From the NCBI GenBank assembly GCA_043800555.1, contig JAZDMX010000017.1, forward strand, positions 4,068 through 68,067: a DNA stretch of 64,000 nucleotides. The letters run 5' to 3'. The position numbers and the translations under genes are program-made. Under the pieces are notes generated by a model, which saw only the letters and a list, made by a program, of their open reading frames with translations, had not been told where the DNA came from and did no database searches. Below, piece after piece: positions 1 through 9,559 of this stretch. The DNA is from Candidatus Omnitrophota bacterium (lineage in GTDB: Bacteria; Omnitrophota; Gorgyraeia; Gygaellales; Profunditerraquicolaceae). The stretch's first letter is position 1; the number at the start of each line of letters is the position of its first letter.

Positions 1-2922
1 CGTGCCGATGCCGACTTTGGCATTGGCGTAATCGTCGGGATAAAGGTAATAATTGGGGCTGCCGGAATATGTCCAGGGCCCGCCAGTGTAGGAAATATCG
101 GTCCAGGCGCCCACTCCGTTTGCGTCTGAAACCAAAGCATAGGTATTCTGCGCTCCGGTGGGCATCTTAAAACCGGTAGCCTGGATTGTTCCCGTAACAT
201 CCAATTTCTGCGCGGGGCTGGTCGTCCCAATCCCCACATTATAGCCGGTGGAAATCGGATACAATGTGCTTCCGGATAACTTCCAATACCCCTGGGTGCT
301 GCCTCCGGAAGGGGCATAGACGCTACCGGTTACGCGGATGTCTCCGGTAACGTCAAGATCGTAAGCAGGGCTAGTGGTGCCGATGCCGACGTTGCCGCTA
401 CCAGGCCCCACAATAAGCCCGTTATTCCAGGCCCCGGAAACCTCCAGGGCTGCCAGGCCCGTAGCTGCGCCGGCGGTATTTTCGATATATATGCCGTTTT
501 CGGTCACGCCGGAGCCGGAATTCTTTAACGCAAGCATCTTCTGCGTCCCTGTTGTCGTGGAATTGGCCAGGTCCCCGGAGAATAAGCTTATATCCGTCCC
601 GATAGAGGTATCGCTAACCGTATAAGTAGAGTTAAACGGGTAATTTACGGTAAGGTAACGCTGGTTGGCAGTGCCGCCGGAAACATTCCACTGCAAAGCG
701 GCGTTTCCGGAGCCGGAATTCCTCTGAAAGACAACGGCTTTGTAAGTATCCCCTGTTTCGGTAGAGCCGATGGTCCAGGTAGGAGAAGAAGTGGAACCGG
801 TAACGACCGTGCCGGAAATATTATTGGCGTCAACCGTATCGATATAGGCGCTCTTGAAACGATACAGCGCGGTGCCCAGCGAAGCGGTGTTGGTAGTGTA
901 GGAAGTGGTCGGCCGGAATGCGCCGGTTGAATCAAAGACCACTTCGTTATTAAGCCCGGGGTTAAGGCTTAAGAGGTATTTGTTGCCCGAGCCGGCGCTG
1001 GCAGAAGCAACAGATGAAACAGACAAAACAGTATAACCTCCGGTCCCGGAAGTATTATCGGTAAGCGACAGGCTTTCGCCGGTGGTGGACTGGCTATTTC
1101 CGGCGTTGGAAGCCAAAGATTTGGAAAAGAGCGTCCCGGAAGTAAGGGAGTTGTTGGAAAGAGTCAGAGAGTTGCCCGTAGTATTAGAGGCGCTGATATT
1201 GGCTGTGCCGGTAACATCTAATTTTGCCGCAGGCCCGGTTGTTCCGATGCCGACGTTGCCCTGGATAATCGCCCCGTTTTCCGGCGCAGGCGTAGCCCCG
1301 GAATAGCTTGCGCCTACCGCTAGATTGCCCTCGACATCCAGTTTATTGGCCGGGGTAGTGGTGCCGATACCCACATTATAGCTGGTAGAAGTAGGATAAA
1401 GCGAGCTGCCGGTAAGCTTCCAGTAGCCCTGGGTGCTGCCTCCGGAAGGGGCATAGACGTTTCCGGTAGTGCGGATATCTCCGGTAACATCCAGCTCATA
1501 AGCGGGGCTAGTGGTGCCGATGCCGACGTTGCCGGCAAAATACGCCGTGCTGCCGATTCCCAAGGTCCCGGTAACTTGCAAATTATAATCCGGCGCCGTT
1601 GTCCCGATACCGACACGGGAATGCGCGGTATCTAAATCCAGCAAACCCGATTCGATATTCAAGCCGGTAACAGAGGAATCAGCCAGATTTAAGGTAGAGG
1701 CGTTAACCAGGCTTAAAACGGAGGCGTTAACCGTAACCGAGTCGGTTGAGGCATCGCCTAAAGTAGTATTGCCGTCAAGGTAAGCTGCCCCGCCGGATTC
1801 CAATACCCCGGAAACAAATAAATCGCCGTTGGCTAAGGCGTGCGCGGCGCTTGAGGAATCGCCGATTATGGTATATCCGGAAGTAGGCAGAATAGTCAGG
1901 TTTGTCCCGGATACTGTCCGGACAGTATCGGTGTAGAGGTTGCGCCAGGCGGCTGAAGCAGAGCCCAGGCTATAGGTTGAATCCTGGGAAGGAACGATAT
2001 TCCCGCCGACTATCAGGGTGCCGGAATAAGTAATCGTCCCGTCATACGACACGCTGCACCTGCTTGCTCCGCCGACTTGCAAATCCATGAGGTTGCCGGA
2101 AAAAGTGTCCGGGGCATTGAGGGCAAGGAGCGTCCCCAGGGGAGAGCCGTTAAAATGCCCTGAAGTTGAGCCGTCCCAAGCGCCGGAGCCTAAAGAAAGC
2201 AGGCCGTAATTCGCGGAGGCGTCTCCGTTATAAACCTGGAGGCGGCTTGCTCCGCCGACTTGCAAATCCAGAAGCTTATCCGCCAGGCCCGGGGCTGAAG
2301 TTTCGGTAACATCCAGCTTTAATCCAGTGTAATTGCCGGAAACGGCTTTATTGATAGTTGCCCCGAAGTTATAGGCAACTTCGTCTCCGGTAGAAGCGTT
2401 TTTGGTAACCGAGAATACTCCATTGGTAGTTATCGTATCGGAAGCGCTGTCGCCCAAAGTAACATTGCCGTTAGCGGTCAAGGCGCCGGCTACGGTGAGC
2501 AAAGAATCAAGGTAGGTAGCTCCGCTTGACTCTAAAATACCGGTGATAAATAAATCGTTCTGGGTCCTGGCATGATGGTCGGTCCCTGCGCCTACGCCTA
2601 TCTGGGTCTTTCCTCCGGAGCCGGGGGCAATGACCAGGTCTTCGTTATCGGTGGTAGTAATATCCACGGGCACGCCGTCGAATTTCAACTGGCCCGCATA
2701 AGTGAGCCCGCACAGCGCACAGTTCAATATTACCAACATCAGGAAAAGGGGGATGTTTCTAAAAAAAGGGGACGCGGGAATTGGGGACGTTTCTACTTTT
2801 CCAGAGTTTAAAGCCGGAAAAGTAGAAACGTCCCCAATTCCCGTAGAAACGTCCCCCTTTTCGCAATTTCTAGAAAAGCGGAAACGTCCCTTTTTTTTCG
2901 TATAATCCGTTATGTTTCCCAT
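1..2922 (-). CDS. Giant secreted adhesin/tail-fibre-like protein with repeated GNVGIGTTxP modules (5' part only, >974 aa, runs off the left edge)
   Basis: Absent from the ORF track, consistent with no stop in the window. Manual translation from ATG at 2922: MGNITDYTKKKGRFRFSRNCEKGDVSTGIGDVSTFPALNSGKVETSPIPASPFFRNIPLFLMLVILNCALCGLTYAGQLKFDG. The same frame reads YNVGIGTTTPANKLDVEGNL at ~1321-1380 and YANAKVGIGT at 1-30. Frame spot-checked, not read codon by codon. Confidence 0.85.
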   Translation of the reverse strand, partial: MGNITDYTKKKGRFRFSRNCEKGDVSTGIGDVSTFPALNSGKVETSPIPASPFFRNIPLFLMLVILNCALCGLTYAGQLKFDGVPVDITTTDNEDLVIAPGSGGKTQIGVGAGTDHHARTQNDLFITGILESSGATYLDSLLTVAGALTANGNVTLGDSASDTITTNGVFSVTKNASTGDEVAYNFGATINKAVSGNYTGLKLDVTETSAPGLADKLLDLQVGGASRLQVYNGDASANYGLLSLGSGAWDGSTSGHFNGSPLGTLLALNAPDTFSGNLMDLQVGGASRCSVSYDGTITYSGTLIVGGNIVPSQDSTYSLGSASAAWRNLYTDTVRTVSGTNLTILPTSGYTIIGDSSSAAHALANGDLFVSGVLESGGAAYLDGNTTLGDASTDSVTVNASVLSLVNASTLNLADSSVTGLNIESGLLDLDTAHSRVGIGTTAPDYNLQVTGTLGIGSTAYFAGNVGIGTTSPAYELDVTGDIRTTGNVYAPSGGSTQGYWKLTGSSLYPTSTSYNVGIGTTTPANKLDVEGNLAVGASYSGATPAPENGAIIQGNVGIGTTGPAAKLDVTGTANISASNTTGNSLTLSNNSLTSGTLFSKSLASNAGNSQSTTGESLSLTDNTSGTGGYTVLSVSSVASASAGSGNKYLLSLNPGLNNEVVFDSTGAFRPTTSYTTNTASLGTALYRFKSAYIDTVDANNISGTVVTGSTSSPTWTIGSTETGDTYKAVVFQRNSGSGNAALQWNVSGGTANQRYLTVNYPFNSTYTVSDTSIGTDISLFSGDLANSTTTGTQKMLALKNSGSGVTENGIYIENTAGAATGLAALEVSGAWNNGLIVGPGSGNVGIGTTSPAYDLDVTGDIRVTGSVYAPSGGSTQGYWKLSGSTLYPISTGYNVGIGTTSPAQKLDVTGTIQATGFKMPTGAQNTYALVSDANGVGAWTDISYTGGPWTYSGSPNYYLYPDDYANAKVGIGT
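241..1536 (-). repeat. Internal duplicated module (~150 bp, ~241-397 and ~1378-1536) in the giant protein
   Basis: Both segments encode GNVGIGTTSPAY(D/E)LDVTGDIR(V/T)TG(S/N)VYAPSGGSTQGYWKL(S/T)GS(T/S)LYP with many synonymous differences. Confidence 0.8.
2743..2898. repeat. REP-like palindrome copy 1 (composite, core 2775-2843 plus partial arms), in-frame in the signal-peptide n-region of the giant protein
   Basis: cgggaattggggacgtttctactttt-ccagagtttaaagccgg-aaaagtagaaacgtccccaattcccg, with extra half-arms on both sides. Confidence 0.95.
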
Positions 2923-2940
2923 ATTCTGCTATCGGCTAAA

Positions 2941-3522
2941 TCATTCCGCCCCAAACATAAACGCGGGTTCGTCGGGGATGGCTTCTTCGGAATTCTTAAA
3001 CGCCCCCCTTAAGGTAATTATTCCTCCGCCTCCTCCTAAAACTACTTCTCCGCCTTTCCTTATGTAAAGCGCCTTATCCGTAACATTATCCGGAGCAATC
3101 AATCCGTAAACGAAATTCTCGGCGGTAACCGTTGAATCCGTCCTCCCGCCGGCTGTAAGCGATTTCGCCTTAAAAACTTCAGACACTTTAGAGATAACTA
3201 CGCCGGCCCCCTGCTTGTCGACAACGGCATCATCCGATGAGCCGGGCACTCCTTTGGGGAACCAATTGCCGGCTTTATCCCAGCTTGCCGCGTCGGCCTT
3301 CCCCGACCACTGCTTCGTATCAGCCCGCGCGCCGCTACAAGAAAAAAATAGCACAAAAATGAATAAACTCAAGGAAAATATGAGAGAAAAGGGGGACGAA
3401 AAAAAGGGGGACGTTTCTACTTTTCTGGCGCTAGATTCGGGAAAAGTAGAAACGTCCCCTTTTTTCCCGTTCTCCTTTTCTCCGCTTCTCTTTTCTCTTG
3501 AGACATCCGCATTTTTCTTCAT
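2941..3522 (-). CDS. Secreted protein with beta-strand/G8-like adhesin motif; n-region extended by the palindrome
   Basis: Hydrophobic signal after KKGDVSTF..KVETSPFF, then WSG..ASWDKAGNWFPKGVPGSSDD, a motif typical of surface beta-helix proteins. Confidence 0.7.
   Translation of the reverse strand: MKKNADVSREKRSGEKENGKKGDVSTFPESSARKVETSPFFSSPFSLIFSLSLFIFVLFFSCSGARADTKQWSGKADAASWDKAGNWFPKGVPGSSDDAVVDKQGAGVVISKVSEVFKAKSLTAGGRTDSTVTAENFVYGLIAPDNVTDKALYIRKGGEVVLGGGGGIITLRGAFKNSEEAIPDEPAFMFGAE
3387..3465. repeat. REP-like palindrome copy 2, in-frame in a signal-peptide n-region
   Basis: gggggacgtttctactttt-ctggcgctagattcggg-aaaagtagaaacgtcccc (17-nt spacer) plus a partial arm at 3387-3398. Confidence 0.97.
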
Positions 3523-4832
3523 GGCCTGACAAATAGCGAAGCTCCGCCAATATCCATTTTCTTTACTTCCAAATAAACCTTGCCATCCAGAATTATTTCA
3601 CCCGAGACGTCATTAAAGCCATAATCATACAGGCCATTATACCCCAAACTCAAAAGGTTAAGGCCTAAATCAGCCGCCAGGCGCGGCCGGGCGGAAAAAA
3701 CTTTATTGCCCTCCGGGTATTCTATGGTATAAGTTTCAATAAGCGGCTGGGCCAAACCGGAAATCTTGGAAAATTGGACCTTAAGCACCCAGGAAGAGCC
3801 CCCGCTTTCGGGCTTTGCCTCCAGGATTAAAGAATCTTTATTATCAATACCGCTTAAATTGTCCAGATAGAGCGCCTTGACCTCCCTGGAATCCGGTATA
3901 GGGAACCTCGCCCCTTCCTTCAGCATAAGATTGCCCGAGCGCATCGGCGCGTTACGCAAAGCGACAAAAGTAATGCTTTGGCGCGTACTGCCGTTTTTGC
4001 TTTGCGCGGTAAAAGCGATTTCTATCGCCGTGATTACGGGTATATCGGAAGTTGCTATGGAGCCTTCCGAACCCAATTCGCTATTTGTATTGTCAAAATA
4101 ACGAAATTTAAAATCCGTGATTTTCACCCCGAAAGGATTTTTATAAACCTCTTTCGAACCGTCTTTATCGTCAATAAATACTGCTTGGGCAAGCGGGTCA
4201 TAGCGAAAAGTTACCAGGCAATCGGCGTCTTTTCCATAATCCGGATAAAAAGTAAAACGCAGGTGGCTGCCGGCAGGCACAGCCATATCCAGCTTGAATT
4301 GAGGGTAGTCTTCGGATTTTCCTTTATCGATGAAGGTGACCGGAACAACCTTGTATTCATTGGATTCGGGCAAAAGCGCCTCGGCAATCGGCAGGCTTGC
4401 GCCGGGTTTAATATGTTTATTTAAGGTATAGGTGTTGACCCCGGTATAGACGTCGTGAGTGTCGTCGGTCCAAGGCATAACCGTAACAACTTTTTCAGAA
4501 GTGCCGTCTACCACTTCCAGCGCGTCGCGAAGCCCGTAAGCGCCGGGAAGCCCTTCCACGAGTTCCTCCATAATCCGCGAAGAAGCCTGCTGCAAAAGAA
4601 GCTGATCCTGGGAAATGTCCCAACTTTCCAAGGCAGTCTTCAGGCTGAAATATAACGCGGCTGTGATTAAAGTGGAAATCGCTACGGCGATAACGAGTTC
4701 AATAAGAGTAAACCCCCTGGAAAAGGGGGACGTTCCCGCGGAAAAGGGGGACGTTTCTACTTTTCTGGCGCTAGATTCGGGAAAAGTAGAAACGTCCCCC
4801 TTTTTCAGCTCGCCTTTTCTTCTCATATCCAT
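3519..4832 (-). CDS. Large minor pilin/pseudopilin (GspJ/PilW-like) with class III signal
   Basis: SRG|FTLIELVIAVAISTLITAALY motif with Glu5; ~40-aa leader built mostly from the palindrome. Confidence 0.85.
   Translation of the reverse strand: MDMRRKGELKKGDVSTFPESSARKVETSPFSAGTSPFSRGFTLIELVIAVAISTLITAALYFSLKTALESWDISQDQLLLQQASSRIMEELVEGLPGAYGLRDALEVVDGTSEKVVTVMPWTDDTHDVYTGVNTYTLNKHIKPGASLPIAEALLPESNEYKVVPVTFIDKGKSEDYPQFKLDMAVPAGSHLRFTFYPDYGKDADCLVTFRYDPLAQAVFIDDKDGSKEVYKNPFGVKITDFKFRYFDNTNSELGSEGSIATSDIPVITAIEIAFTAQSKNGSTRQSITFVALRNAPMRSGNLMLKEGARFPIPDSREVKALYLDNLSGIDNKDSLILEAKPESGGSSWVLKVQFSKISGLAQPLIETYTIEYPEGNKVFSARPRLAADLGLNLLSLGYNGLYDYGFNDVSGEIILDGKVYLEVKKMDIGGASLFVRP
4720..4806. repeat. 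REP-like palindrome copy 3, in-frame in a prepilin leader
   Basis: Spacer identical to copy 2 (ctggcgctagattcggg); extra partial arm gaaaagggggacgttccc at 4720-4737. Confidence 0.97.
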
Positions 4833-5326
4833 ATACTGTCCTCGAACAAAGTAGCCACGGAAGCAACCGGCTTCTTAAGGTTATCGCTGCGGTAAACCTC
4901 CACCCTGACCTCCAAAGGGTCCGTATCGGCAAGAACGCGCCGCAAAACCCTCCACTTGGCCTGGTTCATTTCCAAAGGAGGCTCATCCAGTTTTGGCGTC
5001 CAGAGGTCGCCTATTTTTTTAAGGCCGGGCTTGGTAACATTCAAATTCTGGGTCCTTTCCATTTCCCAGCGCGCCAGGTTTACAGCGGTAATCTCTTCTC
5101 CTGAAACCGTAACGGAATAAAGAGCGCTTGAAAAAAGCTGTATCATCGGTATAAAGAGCACGGCGATAACGACAAGCGCGATGAGGATCTCGATAAAAGT
5201 AAATCCCCGGAAAAAAGGGGACGTTTCTACTTTTCCCGGATCTGGCGCCAGAAAAGTAGAAACGTCCCCTTTTTTCCGGGAAAAGTAGAAACGTCCCCCT
5301 TTTTCTTTTTCGATATCAAAACGCAT
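4823..5326 (-). CDS. Minor pilin/pseudopilin (GspI/PilV-like)
   Basis: FRG|FTFIEILIALVVIAVLFIP; 41-aa palindrome-derived leader; overlaps both neighbours. Confidence 0.85.
   Translation of the reverse strand: MRFDIEKEKGGRFYFSRKKGDVSTFLAPDPGKVETSPFFRGFTFIEILIALVVIAVLFIPMIQLFSSALYSVTVSGEEITAVNLARWEMERTQNLNVTKPGLKKIGDLWTPKLDEPPLEMNQAKWRVLRRVLADTDPLEVRVEVYRSDNLKKPVASVATLFEDSIWI
5206..5304. repeat. REP-like palindrome copy 4 (three arms), in-frame in a prepilin leader
   Basis: cccggaaaaaaggggacgtttctactttt-cccggatctggcgccag-aaaagtagaaacgtccccttttttccggg followed by a third arm aaaagtagaaacgtcccccttttt. Confidence 0.97.
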
Positions 5327-5720
5327 TATACCTCACTTGAACAGCGCGCTTGACGCCGTTACTGTTACCTATAGAAACTATTGTTGATTGCGAATAATCG
5401 TTATACACTTCAAAAACGCCTCCGTTTAATTTCGTGGGAGGGACTATCATATCAAGTTGTTCTTGTTCATCTACAGGCGCTTCCCCTGCCTGGTTCTTAA
5501 GAGCGCTGACTGCCTTGGCGATCCCGGCTTCGGCTAAATATAACGCTCTTGCCCTATCCAGCTCAATCTGGCTTAAGCTCAACACGTTAAAGAACAAAGC
5601 CATAAGGGTCGCCCCTAAAAGAGAAATCGTAAGGATCACAATCAGGACAATCAATAAAATTGCCCCTTTTTCGGCTTGCGGCTTGCGGCGTATGGTTAGC
5701 GCTAAGCGCTCCATTACCAT
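5316..5720 (-). CDS. PilX/GspK-like minor pilin (no Glu5)
   Basis: EKG|AILLIVLIVILTISLLG ... RALYLAEAGIAKA, the PilX N-terminal signature. Confidence 0.8.
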   Translation of the reverse strand: MVMERLALTIRRKPQAEKGAILLIVLIVILTISLLGATLMALFFNVLSLSQIELDRARALYLAEAGIAKAVSALKNQAGEAPVDEQEQLDMIVPPTKLNGGVFEVYNDYSQSTIVSIGNSNGVKRAVQVRYNAF

Positions 5721-6259
5721 TCAGAAGGCACCTCGCCTTTGTTTTTTCCCCACTTATCGCTCAAAGGCTCGGTTACATTCACTACCACCTTGGCTTTATC
5801 CGTATAATACGCCCAGCCTCCTGCGCCGGACAGATCCTCGTCGCTCTTAAGGTCTACAAAAGAATTGCTGCCTGCTTTGGAAGAAACCATCTCCAGGGGA
5901 AGTTTGGCTAAGTATGGCTGCTTAACGCCCATATCATCGTAGCTCCTGGTCAAGAGATCAGAAAGCGCCACGGGATATTCCCCTTCTTTGGCGCGGAACA
6001 TCGCGATGCGCGTGCGCAGCGTATTTAAATTGGTGAGTGTGGCCGAAACCTTTGCTTCCGTATCAAAACCAATGAAATTAGGAATAATAGTCGCTGCCAA
6101 TATCGCGATGATAGAAATAACAATTAGAAGCTCAAGCAAAGTGAAGCCCTTAGAAAAGGGGGACGTTTCTACTTTTCTGGCACGAGGCTTGCGAAAAGTA
6201 GAAACGTCCCCCTTTTCCGCGCCCCCTTTTTCCTTCCGGAAAGATAATGCTAACCTCAT
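5714..6259 (-). CDS. Major pilin/pseudopilin (GspG-like)
   Basis: SKG|FTLLELLIVISIIAILAATIIPNF ... GEYPVALSDL; 38-aa palindrome-derived leader. Confidence 0.88.
   Translation of the reverse strand: MRLALSFRKEKGGAEKGDVSTFRKPRARKVETSPFSKGFTLLELLIVISIIAILAATIIPNFIGFDTEAKVSATLTNLNTLRTRIAMFRAKEGEYPVALSDLLTRSYDDMGVKQPYLAKLPLEMVSSKAGSNSFVDLKSDEDLSGAGGWAYYTDKAKVVVNVTEPLSDKWGKNKGEVPSEW
6153..6231. repeat. REP-like palindrome copy 5, in-frame in a prepilin leader
   Basis: gaaaagggggacgtttctactttt-ctggcacgaggcttgcg-aaaagtagaaacgtcccccttttc plus a partial cccccttttt. Confidence 0.97.
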
Positions 6260-6263
6260 TTTC

Positions 6264-7508
6264 CTACCTCCTGATAACGCTGATTAGATTAAAAATAGGC
6301 AATAAAACAGATAGGGCGATAAAAGCCACAATCGAACCCATTACCAAAAGCATTGCCGGCTCAAGCAGGCTGGTAAGGTTACGCACCGTAAATTCGATTT
6401 CCGGCTCATAAAAAGAGGCTATCTGGTCGAACATCTGGTCAAGCCTCCCTGTGCGCTCTCCCGTGTTAATCAACTGTATAACCATAGGCGGGAATAAACC
6501 CGACGCCTGGAAAGGCTCGGTTAAGCTTTGCCCTTGCGAAATAGCTAACCGGGTGTCTTTAATCATCTTTTGCAGGACAACATTAGGAATAGTATTCTCT
6601 ACCACCGAAAGCGCTTCTAACACCGGGACTCCGGATTTGGTAAGGGCGGCTATAGAACGCGATAAGCGGCTGGTTATGACCTTAAGGGTCAGCGGCCCAA
6701 ACAACGGAAGCCGCAGAAGCAAGAAATCAATGCGGTAGCGGCCCGCCGAAGTCCGGTAATAATTCCTTAAAGCGTTTAGGCCAATGATAGCTGCCAGGCC
6801 GATTAACCACCAGAAATTCCTTACGATATAGCTTAAAGAAAGCAGGGTTTTTGTAGGTAAGGGCAACTTGGCCGAAGAGGCTTCAAATATGGCAACGAAT
6901 TTAGGGAGGACCGCGACCAAAACAAAATTCACGATAACAAAAGCTACCAAGCCCAGCACTATAGGATAAACCAATGCCGAACGGATCCGGCTGCGCAGGT
7001 CAATCTCCTGCGTGCTTAATTCCGCCAGCCTGCTCAAGACCTTATCCAGCATGCCTCCGGCTTCCCCCACTTTGATTAAGCTTACATATAAATTCTCGAA
7101 GATACCGGGGTAGCGGGCAAGCGATTCCGAAAAACTCAATCCCTCCTCTAAAGAAGAAATAATATCTTTTATGACCGACTTAAACCTCGAATTTTGCGTC
7201 TGGCCTAAAACATTTTCCAGGCTTGTAATTAACGGGGCGCCGGTAGAAATAAGGGTGCTTAACTGTCGAGTAAATACAAGCAACTCCTGGCGCGAAACTC
7301 TTCTCACCCAGAAAGGGGAGGGCGTTTCCACTTTTCCCGAGCTTGGCGCCGAAAAAGTGGAAACGCCCTCCCCTTTTTCCGCTATGTCAACCGGGCTAAG
7401 GCCGAGTTTCTCTATTGACAAGGCTGCTTTTGTTTCGTCTTCGGCATCAATGACCCCTTGAGCCAAAGCGCCTTGGGCATCTCTTGCTTTATAGCTAAAG
7501 GTTGTCAT
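6264..7508 (-). CDS. pilC: Type IV pilus/T2SS platform protein PilC/GspF
   Basis: MTTFSYKARD..G, FTRQLSTLISTG, GEAGGMLD, ALVYP, GERTGRLD, LTSLLEP motifs. Confidence 0.93.
   Translation of the reverse strand: MTTFSYKARDAQGALAQGVIDAEDETKAALSIEKLGLSPVDIAEKGEGVSTFSAPSSGKVETPSPFWVRRVSRQELLVFTRQLSTLISTGAPLITSLENVLGQTQNSRFKSVIKDIISSLEEGLSFSESLARYPGIFENLYVSLIKVGEAGGMLDKVLSRLAELSTQEIDLRSRIRSALVYPIVLGLVAFVIVNFVLVAVLPKFVAIFEASSAKLPLPTKTLLSLSYIVRNFWWLIGLAAIIGLNALRNYYRTSAGRYRIDFLLLRLPLFGPLTLKVITSRLSRSIAALTKSGVPVLEALSVVENTIPNVVLQKMIKDTRLAISQGQSLTEPFQASGLFPPMVIQLINTGERTGRLDQMFDQIASFYEPEIEFTVRNLTSLLEPAMLLVMGSIVAFIALSVLLPIFNLISVIRR
7311..7378. repeat. REP-like palindrome copy 6 (variant with symmetric changes), in-frame in the PilC N-terminal linker
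   Basis: aaaggggagggcgtttccactttt-cccgagcttggcgccga-aaaagtggaaacgccctcccctttt; encodes KGEGVSTFSAPSSGKVETPSPF. Confidence 0.9.
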
Positions 7509-9521
7509 AGCCCCAATACTCCTTCAACTTCTTTACCTTATCGTCATATATTTCCGTTTCTATGGATTTTTTTTGCGCTGCCTCTTTGGCCAGGCGTGAT
7601 TCTGCCCGGGCCTGCGCGCGGGCTTGTTCCTGGGCTTGCTGCGCCTTTTCTGCCCTATAAGCCTTAATCATTTCTCTCTCTAACTTAGCCCTTCGACGCG
7701 CTTCTTCCAGCAACGCCTGGTTGACAAGGCTCTTCTTATCCTCTTCCAGCGCTCCCTGCAAACGCTCTTTAAGGTCCTCGTCTTCCTGCAGCCGAAGCGC
7801 CTGGGAACTCTCTTCTTTTGTCAAATTCCTGATTTTGGCAAGTTCGGCCTCGGCCTTGCCGCGCGCTACTTTCCTTATGCGCGCGTTAACAGAGTTCCTC
7901 AATTCCACGGCCTTATCCGCGAATTCCGAATCCGGGTACTTTAATAATATCTTCGCGCACATCTCTTTGGCTAAATTCTGTTCGCCTAAATCGCTATATA
8001 AGGCTGCCGCCTGATAAGCGGACTCCGGCGCCTTTGGGCCGTCGGGAAACTGGGTAACGATACACTCATATATGCTTAAAGCCTGGTTCTTGCGCTGCCA
8101 ATCGTCTTTGTAAAAAGATTCTACGCCGGTGTTTTCCTGGAGGTTTTTAGCTTTTTCAAACAGCTTCGCCTGCACATTGAGGTCCGCCGTGCTCATAATG
8201 TTCACATAGGCTTCCTCTTCATAACGCGTCTTGTTTTCAGCGAGCATCTCCGCGCGCGAAAGCAGGATTTTGGGGGTAATGAAAACCGCCAGCTCCGTCT
8301 GGCTCTTATCGCTGCTTCTGCTGCTAAACAAATATTCTATACCCGGGATATAACCTAATATGGGGATGCGCGACCGCGTGCTGCTATCTTCTTGTTTGAT
8401 AAGCCCGCAGATTACAATAGTCTCGCCCTCTTTGACCCTTACAGTTGTGTCTGCTTCGCGCGTAGTAATGCGCGGCCCGGCGTCCAAAAGAGCGCTTACC
8501 GAAGAAACCTCCGGATGTATCGCCAGGGTAATATAACCATCGGCGTTAATAGACGGAGTTACCCGCAAAGTCGTCCCTACATCAATATATTTGGTGGTTT
8601 CAGTTGTGCCGGTAGTAGTCTGGGTCTTCTCCTTATACGGGACCTTCTCTCCGATAATAATGCGGGCCTCCCGGTTATTTAAAACCGCAATGGACGGAGA
8701 CGCCAATAAATGCGCTTTCTGGTCCTGGATTAAGGCGTCTATGGTAGCGGTAGCGGTCAAGCCGTTTAATACCAGGCTATCCAGCTTAAACTGCCCGCCG
8801 GAAAGGCTTGAGGATGTCCCGGCGAGAGTTTGAGTCATCTTAACAACTTTAGAAGAAGCCGATGGGCTCCAATCCGCGGTCCAGGTAACTCCCAGGTTCT
8901 TTAAATCTTTGGAGGTCATATCCACAATCTTGGCTTCAATAAGCACCTGCCGCGGCGGCTGGTCAACATCCTTAAGCAGCGCTTTTAATTTCTCGATACT
9001 GGCAGGATAATCGGTTACCACAAGCATATTGGCTACTTCATCAACTTTTATATCTCCCTTATTCGAGAGGACTTGCGCACAAGGTTCTGGGCGTCGGCAG
9101 CCTTAATGTATTTCAAGATTATAGGAACGGTGATGACTTGCGCGCCGTCAACTGAACCGGGCGAAATATAAAGCATATTGCCTTTACGGGAATAATTATA
9201 ACCATTGCCGGACAATATCGCCTCCAACGCCTCGCCTATCGATACGTCTTTTAAGGAAACGGTGATTTTTCCTTTAACATCGGAGGAAGTAACTAAGTTT
9301 AATCCGTAGGTATAACTTAGAGAACGCAGGACATCGGCGATATCGACATCTTTGTAATCCACGGAAATCATTTCTTTAAGAGGGTCGGATAGCGCTGCCT
9401 CTTTAGTCCCGGCTTCCGGGCTTATGCCCGCACCGGCAGCAGGCAACGGCGATCCTTGCGCCAAAGGCGCAATAGCCATGAATAGAAAGGACGCGCAAAT
9501 AAACGCTATTTTGTTTTTCAT
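7495..9521 (-). CDS. Secretin (PilQ/GspD family) with C-terminal TPR and coiled-coil extension; split by a 1-nt frameshift at ~9072
   Basis: 9048-9521 encodes signal plus STN-like domain; 7495-9027 has the secretin core (QVLIEAKIVD, LASPSIAVLNN, GTTLRVTP, GETIVICGLI, IPILGYIP, ELAVFITPKI). The alternative frame across the gap reads VLSNKGDIKVDEVANMLVVTD. Confidence 0.88.
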
Positions 9522-9559
9522 CTCTTTTTATGCCTAAGCTTCTTATATCGTAATGCCAT

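Noticed and set aside
374-1616. Short track ORFs overlapping the giant gene
   Set aside because: Alternative-frame or antisense products of the 1-2922 minus-strand ORF.
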